A DNA stretch of 36,075 bases from Macrostomum lignano (taxonomy: Eukaryota), in the NCBI GenBank assembly GCA_002269645.1, contig NIVC01003023.1:1-36075 (forward strand). The letters run 5' to 3'. This document shows, in pieces, positions 11,286-22,890 of the stretch; position 1 is the stretch's first letter, and the number at the start of each line of letters is the position of its first letter. The position numbers and the translations under genes are program-made. The notes beneath the pieces were generated by a model that saw only the letters and a list, made by a program, of their open reading frames with translations, was not told the DNA's origin and did no database searches.

Positions 11286-12410
11286 CTTTGGATCCGTTTG
11301 GATATTTGACAATTTGACATTTTCGTCTTAAGTAAGCTCATTCAATTCAAGTTCAACTTGACATTTGTCGCCAGGCATGCAGGTGGCTCACAAATCGAAT
11401 TCCCAGGCGCACGTGACTAAGCTGATCAGTTTTACTTGCCGATCAAACCAGCAGGCTTAAGGTCAACTCAAAGACACCCCGCAGAGCCCTATCAGAGCCA
11501 TAACTGGTTTAGCCATTCCTTTTTGAATCAGAAAGGCAACGGTTTAAGCTCAGTAGCGCGGGGGTCCCTGCAATGGAAGTTTCAAGAGCGGATCCATGCC
11601 TGCAAAAGCAGAATGGCTGCCTGGCGGGCGACAATAAAATCCCCCCCCCACTTTCCCGACCCCAATATTCCCAAAGTCAAACTGGAACTTTGCAAGGTCG
11701 GGCGGGAGGGGCTGGGGTAGCTGTTATGGGTTAATAAAACTCTCCGTTCATATTCCAACATTTGGGAAGAGGAGGGAGGGAGCTGCTGCTGCATATTTTC
11801 TTACTCCATCCAGCTACTTTATCTGAGAGCATAAGTTGCTTTTGAACTGCCGCTGTGCCCGGTGCGTGTGTAAGTTGATTTATTTGGGCAACCAGCGGGC
11901 ATTCCGCGGCCGGATTAGGAGGATGTAATATTCATCCCAGTAACCCCTATAGGCTTCCTCATCCCGGCGTGCTGACGTCTGTTTTCATTCCGGCGCTCCC
12001 AGTTTCGCCTGTGTAGCCAATCCAATTAAAAGTACATCCAGTTCCCCGCATAGTTGATGCCACTGTCAGAGTATAAAAAAGTTTCCAGGCCACAAGAATT
12101 TTTCTTGCCAATTTTTTCTTTACTTTTCGTACTTTCTTCGATTCTGCGCGATACAATCTGCAATGCTGTAGTTTCGCTGAAGAAAAAACACAGGAAAATT
12201 AATTTACAGGGACGTGCAGGTAGAAAAAGCATTACGCCAACTACAGACACAATGGTCCATTGCTTTCAGAACTCTATCCTGCACATTAATCATTATATTT
12301 TCTCCGTATAGAGATGTGCTTGCATATCCCCTATATGCCACGGGCCTAATCTCTCTTCGCCTTCCCCTTTTCTCTGCATGGCCCTCGCCTATAAGCATAA
12401 GCCTCTCCCC

Positions 12411-12412
<2 letters not shown>

Positions 12413-12451
<39 letters not shown>
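12413..12451. repeat. (AG)n microsatellite
   Basis: About 19 perfect AG units. Confidence 0.95.
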
Positions 12452-12454
<3 letters not shown>

Positions 12455-15331
12455 CTGGGATGTGGTAGTATGCATTCATGGCATACCAACGCCAGTTAAC
12501 AACTATGGGATACTATAGATAGAGCATTAGACCTATGCGGATATCTGCCCTGAAATCCCCATGGTGTGCAGCAATACTTTTAGCTTAGCTCGCCGCGTTC
12601 GCGCCAGAGAGATGGAGAGAGAGAGACAGACAGACAGGATGCCGTGGACACTGCAGAGTGGACAGCGAAGCGCTGCATGCATGCATGGAGGCTGATGGAG
12701 AGGCTTATACACGCGGACGTCAGGAACAGGAGTCAATTGTCGGCATGCTGGATGCTGGTGGGGGTGGGCGTAAATGATGGAGCACCGGCTTAAATGCAGG
12801 GACCGCCTGTAAGCAGCTAACCGAAATGCTATTCGATGCGGGACTGAAGAGAGGCAGGTATAAGCTCATGCAGCAGCAATTCATGCAGGATGGAGCCTCC
12901 GCCTCCTGTATTTCCCATTTTCTTGCTTTGCCCAAATCCCGTTTAGCCATGCCAGCTTTCTCATCTTCCCGAGTTCGGGGTAGTTCCCATGCCGTCTCGC
13001 TAATTCGTGACCATATCCCTAATCCCCGTATTAGCTTGTGTGGGCGTGGCTCCAGCTGCACAGATGGGCCTATGGGACAGCCGATTGCTGTAGCGATTCG
13101 CCATGCAGAGAGAGAAAGGACAGAAGCAGGCAGCAGAGCACGTGCCACGTGGGTGGCAGGCTGGGGGAGGGGGCTGCATGACTCTACTCTGTTCTGCACT
13201 CAACTCGACCCTCCAGTATTAGTCTCCGTCGGCTCCAGATATCGTTTACATCCCGATTGTCAAGGATACGAGCTCGAGCGTTCAATTCCAGAAGAATGAC
13301 TTGAGTTAGGGCGGGGTCGAAGAGTGCAGCCAAAGCGCCCATTGGCAAACGCATCGAATGTATGAAAAGCAAAATGATATTTTTTTTCTATAGGGCTAAA
13401 ATTAGATTTTCGCTTTCAAAAAAATGAATTCATGCATTGCTTTGGATTTTGGATGCAATCCGAAGCTTTTTGACATTGGCAACTTGGCAAAAAATCTTGT
13501 TAGCAACCAAAATGGAAAAGACATTTAACACTTGTGTTTAATTGACAATTGCAGTGTTAATTGACGTGACGATGACAATGACGAAGGAATTCTGCATTTA
13601 GAAAGCCTTAAAAAGCGATATCAACAGCAACCGAATGGAGACTCTGCGCCTGTTATTGCCTTCAAGATCCAGATTCAACTGCACGAATCCACGACCTGAA
13701 TTGTAGTTTGTTGAAAAAAATTTTTCTACCTTTCTTAGTACTGCAACTCTGAATTGGAAGCCACAACCCGATTCTCAAAGCAAGATATTGGAGAAAGAAT
13801 TCCTCTTCAATCAATCGAGAGTTATAATACCCCATTCGATTTTCTTTGCGCTTTGAGTTTAAGAGAAATCTTAATTTTCTAGCCAATAATTTCTCTATTT
13901 CAATTCTTTAATCCGTGAAAGAAAAAGCAAGAAAGGCAGAATAAATAGAAGCATACGCTACTGTTCCCCGCTCAGTCTTGCTAAACTCAAGTTACTCAAC
14001 CCAACCCTTGCGTAGGGGGTACACCATACGCCGCCCGCCAACCTCAGAACAACCAACCCACTCAAAACCGTCTGGCGCGTAAACACTATTAAGAAGATGG
14101 TACGGTGCGGTAAGGACTCACAAGAATGTGTTTATTAAGCGATAGAGGAAAGGAATTCTTTTTCTATTCTTTCTGCTCTAGACACGCACTTATCTTAACT
14201 CTTACCCTCCATCCTCAAGTTTACTGTACATTCTAGTCCCTTCTATCTATAGGATGCTGGTCGGATGAATGTACACTCTAGCAATGTAGCAGACACCCCT
14301 TGGTCTGAGGTTGGCGTTCGCCAATAAACCCCCTGTCTAGTCTATCAGACGCGTGCGACTGGGGTGGGTGGCTTGGCTGGGGTTTGAAGTGAGGCGCGTG
14401 GCGCCCCACCACCTCATTTTCCGGGAACGGACTAAGTGAAACGGCTAGCGGACCCGAAAATAAGAAAAATAAGCCCGCACAGCGTACTCTGTCACCCCCG
14501 GCCCCCGCTCAGCCGAGGGAGGCCCAGTCACATGATTCGTTTGAACCTGGATGAACCCCTACGGCCCAGCTAAGAGCGATTTGCGTTTATTCTCTTTCTA
14601 TTTCTTTCTGCCCCGTCCTGCCCTCCACCCGTCACTAAATCTGTGGTAAATATTAGAGACCGGCTATATATGCTAACTGTTTTCCAAGCTGGACTAACTA
14701 AAGTGCACTGTCGTGGCGAAATCTATTTGTAAAGCTAATGTAATGTTGGCTGGCCGCGGGCTTCTTTAAAATCTCTTTTAGTCATGGCGGCCGCTGGTCT
14801 GCGCGATAAACCACTGCGTGCCGTAGCTGGTAGGGGGCCTGGCCAGTCAGTGAGTGGCCTGCTGGCCGTGGGGACTGCAGCTTGTTGACTGCCAAGTGCC
14901 AATGCTTGCTTTATGGTTTCTCCGATTTTAAGAGAGGCTTGCCCGAACTTTGTTGCTGCTGCTGCTGCTACTCCTGTAAAATTCTAGCAAAACTCATAAA
15001 CACGTTTGTCTCCTGTCTTTCTGTCTGGGACTGGCCCGCTGACCTCTAAATGTGTAGTAGACTCGTATTTTTATGCGTTCGCTAATAGCATAGATACCAG
15101 CGATAAAAACGGACCACGCGAAACATGTTCACAAACAGGCTTTGCCTTACTAAAACTGCTGATGCTGAATAATGGTCAAAAATATTTTTTGCTTTGCTAT
15201 GGTAAATTTTGGGCTTCAGTTCTCTAATTCCAAACAAATGGGCCTGTCTGTCTGACTCACCCTCAAGTCTAGGCGTGGATGGCTATTTAAATATTTTCAT
15301 CCATAGCTTGTAGTAGCACGTATCACAGTAG

Positions 15332-15910
<579 letters not shown>

Positions 15911-16469
15911 CATTCGCTGTGTCTGATGTACTTGTACCATAAAGCATCAGCACCGTTAAAACTTGTTCAGGAAAGAGCCGTAAACGATTCGGTGGGGCGC
16001 CAAGCATTTTAAGCGCGATAAGCGGAAATCAGTTGAACTCCTGGGAGAGAAGAGAACGCGTGGAAGCGCTGGGACGTCATGCATTACAGATAAGCGACTC
16101 CCCAGTGCAAACCCATTTCGCACCGAATGTTCCAATCCTGCCGCCAGAAATTGGTCTGAACTGAAGGAAGGAAGGCTGCAGGAAAAATCGCAAACAAATT
16201 TTTTTGCTTCGCCCACCCCAAGTCTGACTGACACTCGGTAAAGTGGTTTGTTGGATTTCTGCCTTCTTCTGCCTCAGCCTGTTTGTCTCTGTCATGTGCG
16301 AGACCGGTCGGTCTTCTTAAGCCTAGCTGGTTAGCCAGCGATTGCGGATTAATCAAATCTTTCGAAAGTGTTCGCCCCACTTTTGCAGCTGCGGGCGCGT
16401 TCTCCTCTTGTCTTTAGTACTGATAGCTAGAATCTATAGTACCACTCGCCCTTCTTTTTGTTAGAGTGT

Positions 16470-16785
16470 AGCCCTTCTCTCCTTCCATCCTCTCCTTCCG
16501 TTCTCTCCCTCTCTCCCTCTTCTCTTTCTCTCTCCCTCCCTCTCTCCCTCTTCTCTTTCTCTCTCCCTCCCTCTCTCCCTCTTCTCTTTCTCTCTCCCTC
16601 CCTCTCTCCCTCTCTCCTTCCGTTCTCCCTCTCTCCCTCCCTTCTCTCTCTCCCTCCCTTCTCTCTCTCCCTTCCTTCTCTCCCTCGCTCCCTCCCTTCT
16701 CTTCCTCTCTCCATCCCTTCTCTCCCTCGCTCCCTCCCTTCTCTTCCTCTCTCCATCCCTTCTCTCCCTCGCTCCCTCCCTTCTC
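16470..16785. repeat. Polypyrimidine (CT-rich) low-complexity tract
   Basis: Almost entirely C/T, with internal direct repeats of ~30-35 bp. Confidence 0.95.
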
Positions 16786-17249
16786 TTGTTGTTTCTCTTT
16801 GGAATCCTAATATTTCTATTACTCAGATTGTCTCTCAACCTCTCAGTGCTGTTTTTCCTTTACTTCCTAACTTAAACAATCAACTAATTACCTCTCATTC
16901 TCCGTCAAGACCGATGTCATCATTAATCACAGTGCATGCGCGCTAAGCGAATATTTCAAGATCTTCCAAAAAAGATTAGATAAGCTGCTCGAGAACGAGC
17001 TTCATTGATTGATGAATACTTTATTATTACTAATTTAAATTTGAGAAGTAGTTCCGAGATGTTATAACACGAGGCACATAAAGCGATGTCGTTAAGGCCT
17101 GTCTTAATAAATCTCCTGAGATTATTCTGTGAGAGAAACATAATTGCATAAGACGAAGCTGAGTTTGTGGAATCGTTATATGGAAATATTATGCACACAG
17201 CAGAGAGAAGAGGGCGAGGCTAATGGCGAGGTTTGGGCTGGAAGGGAAC

Positions 17250-18421
17250 TGTAAGGGGTGAGAGACAAGCTGAGAGGGGAGAGATAATGGGTTAGAGGCA
17301 GAGATGCTAAGATAGATGGAGAGATACTAAGAGACAGGGAGAGATACTAAGGGAGAGGTAGAGATACTGTGAGAGAGGGAGAGATGCTGAGAGAGAGAGA
17401 GGGAGAGATACTGAGAGAGAGAGAGGGAGAGATGCTGAAAGAGAGAGAGGGAGAGATGCTGAGAGAGAGGGAGAGATGCTGAGAGATAGGGAGAGATGCT
17501 GAGAGAGAGGGAGAGATACTGAGAGAGAGGGAGAGATACTGAGAAAGAGGGAGAGATACTGAGAGAGAGCGATAGATACTGAGAGAGAGTGAGAGAGACG
17601 GAGAGATACTGAGAGAGAGGGAGAGATACTGAGAAAGAGGGAGAGATACTGAGAGAGAGGGATAGATACTGAGAGAGAGAGAGAGAGAGGGAGAGATACT
17701 GAGAGAGAGATAGAGGGAGAGATACTGAGAGAGAGAGAGGGAGAGATACTGAGAGAGAGTGAGAGAGACGGAGAGATACTGAGAGAGAGAGAGAGAGGGA
17801 GAGATACTGAGAGAGAGAGGGGGAGACATCCTGAGAGAGAGAGGGAGAGATGCTGAGAGATAGGGAGAGATACTGAGAGAGAGAGAGGGAGAGATACTGA
17901 GAGAGAGAGGGAGAGATACTGAGAGAGAGAGAGAGGGAGAGATACTGAGAGAGAGAGGGAGAGATACTGAGAGAGAGAGGGAGAGATACTGAGAGAGAGA
18001 GGGAGAGATACTGAGAGAGAGAGAGAGAGATACTGAGAGAGAGAGAGGGAGAGATACTGAGAGAGAGAGGGAGAGATACTGAGAGAGAGTGAGAGAGACG
18101 GAGAGATACTGAGAGAGAGAGAGAGAGGGAGAGATACTGAGAGAGAGAGAGAGAGAGAGAGATACTGAGAGAGAGAGAGGGAGAGATACTGAGAGAGAGA
18201 GGGAGAGATACTGAGAGAGAGAGAGAGAGATACTGAGAGAGAGAGAGGGAGAGATACTGAGAGAGAGAGGGAGAGATACTGAGAGAGAGAGAGAGATACT
18301 GAGAGAGAGGGAGAGATACTGAGAGAGAGAGGGAGAGATACTGAGAGAGAGAGGGGGAGACATCCTGAGAGAGAGATACTTAGAGAGGGGTAGAGATATT
18401 AAAAAAGAGAGAAGTAGAGAT

Positions 18422-18476
<55 letters not shown>

Positions 18477-18477
18477 T
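17250..18477. repeat. Polypurine (GA)n array punctuated by GATACT/GATGCT
   Basis: Repeating GGGAGAGATACTGAGAGAGA(GA)n with variable GA length. Confidence 0.97.
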
Positions 18478-18794
18478 CCCAGCGGGTCAGAGAACTTTCT
18501 CCCACAATTAGAAGGCATTCATGAAGGAAGCACATGCAGGAGTTCGCAGTTCACATGCGCATGATTAGAGCTAAGTAGCTGTTGGAGAAACTTTTGCGGC
18601 ACCGCAAAGTCAATAAGTAAACTGAAACCCCAAGGCTTTGATTGAAAGCAGCAGATTGGACAATTCTCGCTTGTCCTGATGTGCGCGGCTTTCATTTGGG
18701 TTGCTTTCTGTTTTTTACTTGGGGAAACAGTTAATGTAAGCTTAATACTTGCCCTTTGAGTATAGACAGAGTTCTTTTGAATGAAAGAAAAGAG

Positions 18795-21028
18795 TGAATC
18801 TGTGAGAGTGAATCTGTGAGAGTGAATCTGTGAGAGTGAATCTGTGAGAGCGAATCTGTGAGAGTGATTCTGTTGGAGTGAATCTGTGAGAGTGAATCTG
18901 TGAGAGTGAATCTGTGAGAGTGATTCTGAGTGAGTGAATCTGTGAGAGTGAATCTGTGAGAGTGAATCTGTGAGAGTGAATCTGTGAGAGTGAATCTGTG
19001 AGAGTGAATCTTTGAGAGTGAATCTGTGAGAGTGAATCTGTGAGAGTGAATCTGTGAGAGTGAATCTTTGAGAGTGAATCTGTGAGAGTGAATCTGTGAG
19101 AGTGAATCTGTGAGAGTGAATCTTTGAGAGTGAATCTGTGAGAGTGATTCTGAGTGAGTGAATCTGTGAGAGTGAATCTGTGAGAGTGAATCTTTTAGTG
19201 CGAATCTGTGCTAGTGATTCCGTGAGAGTGAATCTGTGAGAGTGATTCTGTTGGGGTGAATCTATGAGAGTGATTCCGTGAGAGTGAATCTGTGAGAGTG
19301 AATCTGTGAGAGTGAATCTGTGAGAGTGAATCTGTGAGAGTGATTCTGTTGGGGTGAATCTATGAGAGTGATTCTGAGTGAGTGAATTTGTGAGAGTGAA
19401 TCTGTGAGAGTGAATCTGTGAGAGTGAATCTGTGAGAGTGAATCTGTGAGAGTGAATCTGTGAGAGTGAATCTGTGAGAGTGAATCTGTGAGAGTGAATC
19501 TGTGAGAGTGAATCTGTGAGAGTGAATCTGTGAGAGTGAATCTGTGAGAGTGAATCTGTGAGAGTGAATCTGTGAGAGTGAATCTGTGAGAGTGAATCTG
19601 TGAGAGTGAATCTGTGAGAGTGAATCTGTGAGAGTGAATCTGTGAGAGTGAATCTTTGAGAGTGAATCTGTGAGAGTGAATCTGTGAGAGTGAATCTGCG
19701 AGAGTGAATCTGTGAGAGTGAATCTTTTAGTGCGAATCTGTGCTAGTGATTCCGTGAGAGTGAATCTGTGAGAGTGATTCTGTTGGGGTGAATCTTTGAG
19801 AGTGATTCCGTGAGAGTGAATCTGTGAGAGTGAATCTGTGAGAGTGAATCTGTGAGAGTGAATCTGTGAGAGTGAATCTGTGAGAGTGAATCTGTGAGAG
19901 TGAATCTGTGAGAGTGAATCTGTGAGAGTGAATCTGTGAGAGTGAATCTGTGAGAGTGAATCTGTGAGAGTGAATCTGTGAGAGTGAATCTGTGAGAGTG
20001 AATCTGTGAGAGTGAATCTGTGAGAGTGAATCTTTGAGAGTGAATCTGTGAGAGTGAATCTGTGAGAGTGAATCTTTGAGAGTGAATCTGTGAGAGTGAA
20101 TCTGTGAGAGTGAATCTGTGAGAGTGAATCTGTGAGAGTGAATCTGTGAGAGTGAATCTGTGAGAGTGAATCTGTGAGAGTGAATCTTTGAGAGTGAATC
20201 TGTGAGAGTGAATCTGTGAGAGTGAATCTGCGAGAGTGAATCTGTGAGAGTGAATCTTTTAGTGCGAATCTGTGCTAGTGATTCCGTGAGAGTGAATCTG
20301 TGAGAGTGATTCTGTTGGGGTGAATCTTTGAGAGTGATTCCGTGAGAGTGAATCTGTGAGAGTGAATCTGTGAGAGTGAATCTGTGAGAGTGAATCTGTG
20401 AGAGTGAATCTGTGAGAGTGAATCTGTGAGAGTGAATCTGTGAGAGTGATTCTGAGTGAGTGAATCTGTGAGAGTGAATCTGTGAGAGTGAATCTGTGAG
20501 AGTGAATCTTTTAGTGCGAATCTGTGCTAGTGATTCCGTGAGAGTGAATCTGTGAGAGTGATTCTGTTGGGGTGAATCTATGAGAGTGATTCCGTGAGAG
20601 TGAATCTGTGAGAGTGAATCTGTGAGAATGAATCTGTGAGAGTGATTCTGTTGGAGTGAATCTATGAGAGTGATTCCGTGAGAGTGAATCTGTGAGAGTG
20701 ATTCTGTTGGGGTGAATCTATGAGAGTGATTCCGTGAGAGTGAATCTGTGAGAGTGAATCTGTGAGAATGAATCTGTGAGAGTGATTCTGTTGGGGTGAA
20801 TCTATGAGAGTGATTCCGTGAGAGTGAATCTGTGAGAGTGAATCTGTGAGAGTGAATCTGTGAGAGTGAATCTGTGAGAGTGAATCTGTGAGAGTGAATC
20901 TGTGAGAGTGAATCTGTGAGAGTGAATCTGTGAGAGTAAATCTGTGAGAGTGGTGAGAGTGAATCTGTGAGAGTGAATCTGTGAGAGTGAATCTGTGAGA
21001 GTGAATCTGTGAGAGTGAATCTGTGAGT
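18795..21028. repeat. 14-bp satellite (GAGAGTGAATCTGT), ~160 copies, with higher-order structure
   Basis: Direct reading. A variant cassette starting TCTTTTAGTGCGAATCTGTGCTAGTG recurs at 19191, 19723, 20255 and 20507. Confidence 0.98.
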
Positions 21029-21384
21029 GTAGACGGTGCATCAGCTGCATAACCGATCGCACAAAACTGCATGGCACAGTCTGAATGCACTCTAAGCAAG
21101 CGCCGTCTTGAATTTGAGTATCAAGTTTTCTGTTTGCACAGTTTAGCTGCAGTGATTGCAGTTACTGAATTTCAAATTTCAGTCTTGCGTGCGTGCACTA
21201 CTCTTTCAGTGTTATGGGCGCGGGGCCTTGTTATCTAAGAATACTTCTGACCTTCTTTAAGCCGGCTTATCAGGCACACCGAATCTGCTTTATGAGACCA
21301 CCGCACTGCTGCTTTTGCATGTAGGAATTTCAAGCGATCTGAGTTCGGGTAAGAGGGCATTGTGACAAAGGATATACCAACAGC

Positions 21385-22148
21385 TCTGTCTGGGCAATTA
21401 GTGACAGAATTCCCCCACTTTTGTCTGGGCAATTAGTGACAGAATTCTCCTACTTCTGTCTGGGCAATTAGTGACAGAATTCTCCCACTTCTGTCTGGGC
21501 AATTAGTGACAGAATTCCCCCACTTCTGTCTAGGCAACTAGTGACAGAATTCCCCCACTTCTGTCTGGGCAATTAGTGACAGAATTCTCCCACTTCTGTC
21601 TGGGCAATTAGTGACAGAATTCTCCCACTTCTGTCTGGGCAATTAGTGACAGAATTCCCCCACTTCTGTCTGGGCAACTAGTGACACAATTCTCCCACTT
21701 CTGTCTGGGCAATTAGTGACAGAATTCTCCTACTTCTGTCTGGGCAATTAGTGACAGAATTCTCCCACTTCTGTCTGGGCAATTAGTGACAGAATTCTCC
21801 CACTTCTGTCTGGGCAATTAGTGACAGAATTCTCCCACTTCTGTCTGGGCAATTAGTGACACAATTCTCCCACTTCTGTCTGGGCAATTAGTGACACAAT
21901 TCTCCCACTTCTGTCTGGGCAATTAGTGACAGAATTCTCCCACTTCTGTCTGGGCAATTAGTGACAGAATTCTCCTACTTCTGTCTGGGCAATTAGTGAC
22001 AGAATTCTCCCACTTCTGTCCGGGCAATTAGTGACACAATGCTCCCACTTCTGTCTGGGCAATTAGTGACAGAACTATCCCACTTCTGTCTGGGAAATTA
22101 GTGACAGAATTCTCCCACTTCTGTCTGGGCAATTAGTGACAGAATGCT
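21385..22148. repeat. 35-bp minisatellite (CTGTCTGGGCAATTAGTGACAGAATTCTCCCACTT), ~22 copies
   Basis: Period 35 (TGTCTGGGC at 21422, 21457, 21492 and onward), head to tail with no spacers. Confidence 0.97.
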
Positions 22149-22890
22149 CCCAGAGTTCAGAGTTCGAATTTGCACAGACGCAGATTTGGTCAAAGAGACA
22201 GTTGCAGTTGGCCTTATTAAAACTTTTTGAATTTATGACAAACTTGTCATGCTATTTAAGAGTTCGTCTAGAAAACGCACAGAAAGTCTGCACGCACCGC
22301 ATCGTGAATTTCGCTCTCTGACTGCACCCTTCAAGCAGCTGCTGTGGTCTTTGCTCCAATTGTGCTTTTTTTATTGCAGTCCCTGCAATTTATTGCGTCC
22401 ATTATCATTTTTACAAGTCATGATAAGCCGAAAATACAATTACAAGTTCGAATAATGCGACACAAGCCCTCGGTCCCACCATGTAGTTGCATTTGTCTAT
22501 TAACAATAACAAAGTTTTGTCTGTCTGCAAGACTGCATGCAAGACGCCCGTTTAACTAAAAGCTATACTCGTATATACGAGTATATACCCTCATGCACAT
22601 CTCTATTATATTGTATTTGACAGGGTCAGAAAGGAGCAAGTGCTGAAATGCTGTAAATCTATTGTATATTATATTATATCAAATTGGTTTGAGTTTTTAG
22701 CAGCCAAATTTGGAAGTGGCAAAAATGCGGACGGCTTCAAATAAAATAAGCTAAGCTGGCTTTACTCCACAGCCACCTGTCATTTTCTATGGGCTATATG
22801 AAGGCTGTGGCCATGACAGCCCCACAACTGGCTACCATAATGACGGGGTCGCGCGGTCTCGTTTGACATTGCATGCTCTGCCCCTAACTA

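Noticed and set aside
11436-13886. Short ORFs between Ski and the satellite cluster
   Set aside because: No recognisable domains and no consistent exon chain. A divergent gene or lncRNA cannot be excluded without RNA data.
16427-21099. Long ORFs 16427..16946, 17347..18363 and 20662..21099
   Set aside because: They are translations of CT/GA tracts and the 14-bp satellite, with no domain or splice support.
21385-22148. CRISPR array (35-bp palindromic repeats)
   Set aside because: The units are head to tail with no unique spacers, there are no cas genes, and the context is eukaryotic.
22564-22625. Helitron 3' end (hairpin followed by CTRR)
   Set aside because: The palindrome is AT-rich and loopless, and I saw no CTAG-type terminus at the expected distance.
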